DNA of 13,768 nt, taken from the IMG/VR virus record IMGVR_UViG_3300047463_000135, positions 64,001 through 77,768 of that record; one strand, written 5' to 3'. Source of the stretch: a virus. Taxonomy: Duplodnaviria; Heunggongvirae; Uroviricota; Caudoviricetes; Schitoviridae. How positions within the stretch are numbered: position 1 is the first letter of the stretch; each line of letters starts with the position of its first letter. The position numbers and the translations under genes are program-made. The notes below the pieces were generated by a model, which had not been told where the DNA came from, made no database searches, and saw nothing but the letters and a program-made list of their open reading frames with translations. Of this stretch, positions 13,756 to 13,768 are shown piece by piece.

Positions 13756-13768
13756 TCTTATATAAATA

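Overview
The window is part of an N4-like podophage genome (Schitoviridae), AT-rich (roughly high-30s % GC by eye; host not determinable). Positions 1-12724 are a compact minus-strand late module. In transcription order it holds a small ORF, an N4 gp69-like putative small terminase, large terminase, gp67-like head-tail adaptor, portal, gp58-like protein, gp57-like scaffold, major capsid protein, gp55-like protein, an unusually long gp54-like tail-tube protein, and a gp53-like virion protein (>=744 aa) that runs off the left edge and is absent from the supplied ORF track. At ~12725-12976 the coding strand switches. This interval carries nested repeats and an N4 virion-RNAP-type hairpin promoter, and probably marks the genome end/terminal repeat. 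A plus-strand early cassette follows (91-aa, 22-aa and 52-aa ORFs), then a strong terminator, a 7-bp tandem repeat and a second promoter-like hairpin. The most unusual element is a two-state RNA structure at 13258-13297 that can either form a terminator-like hairpin or sequester the SD and start codon of the 22-aa hydrophobic peptide. Homology calls come from recalled N4-family sequences and gene order, not from database searches.
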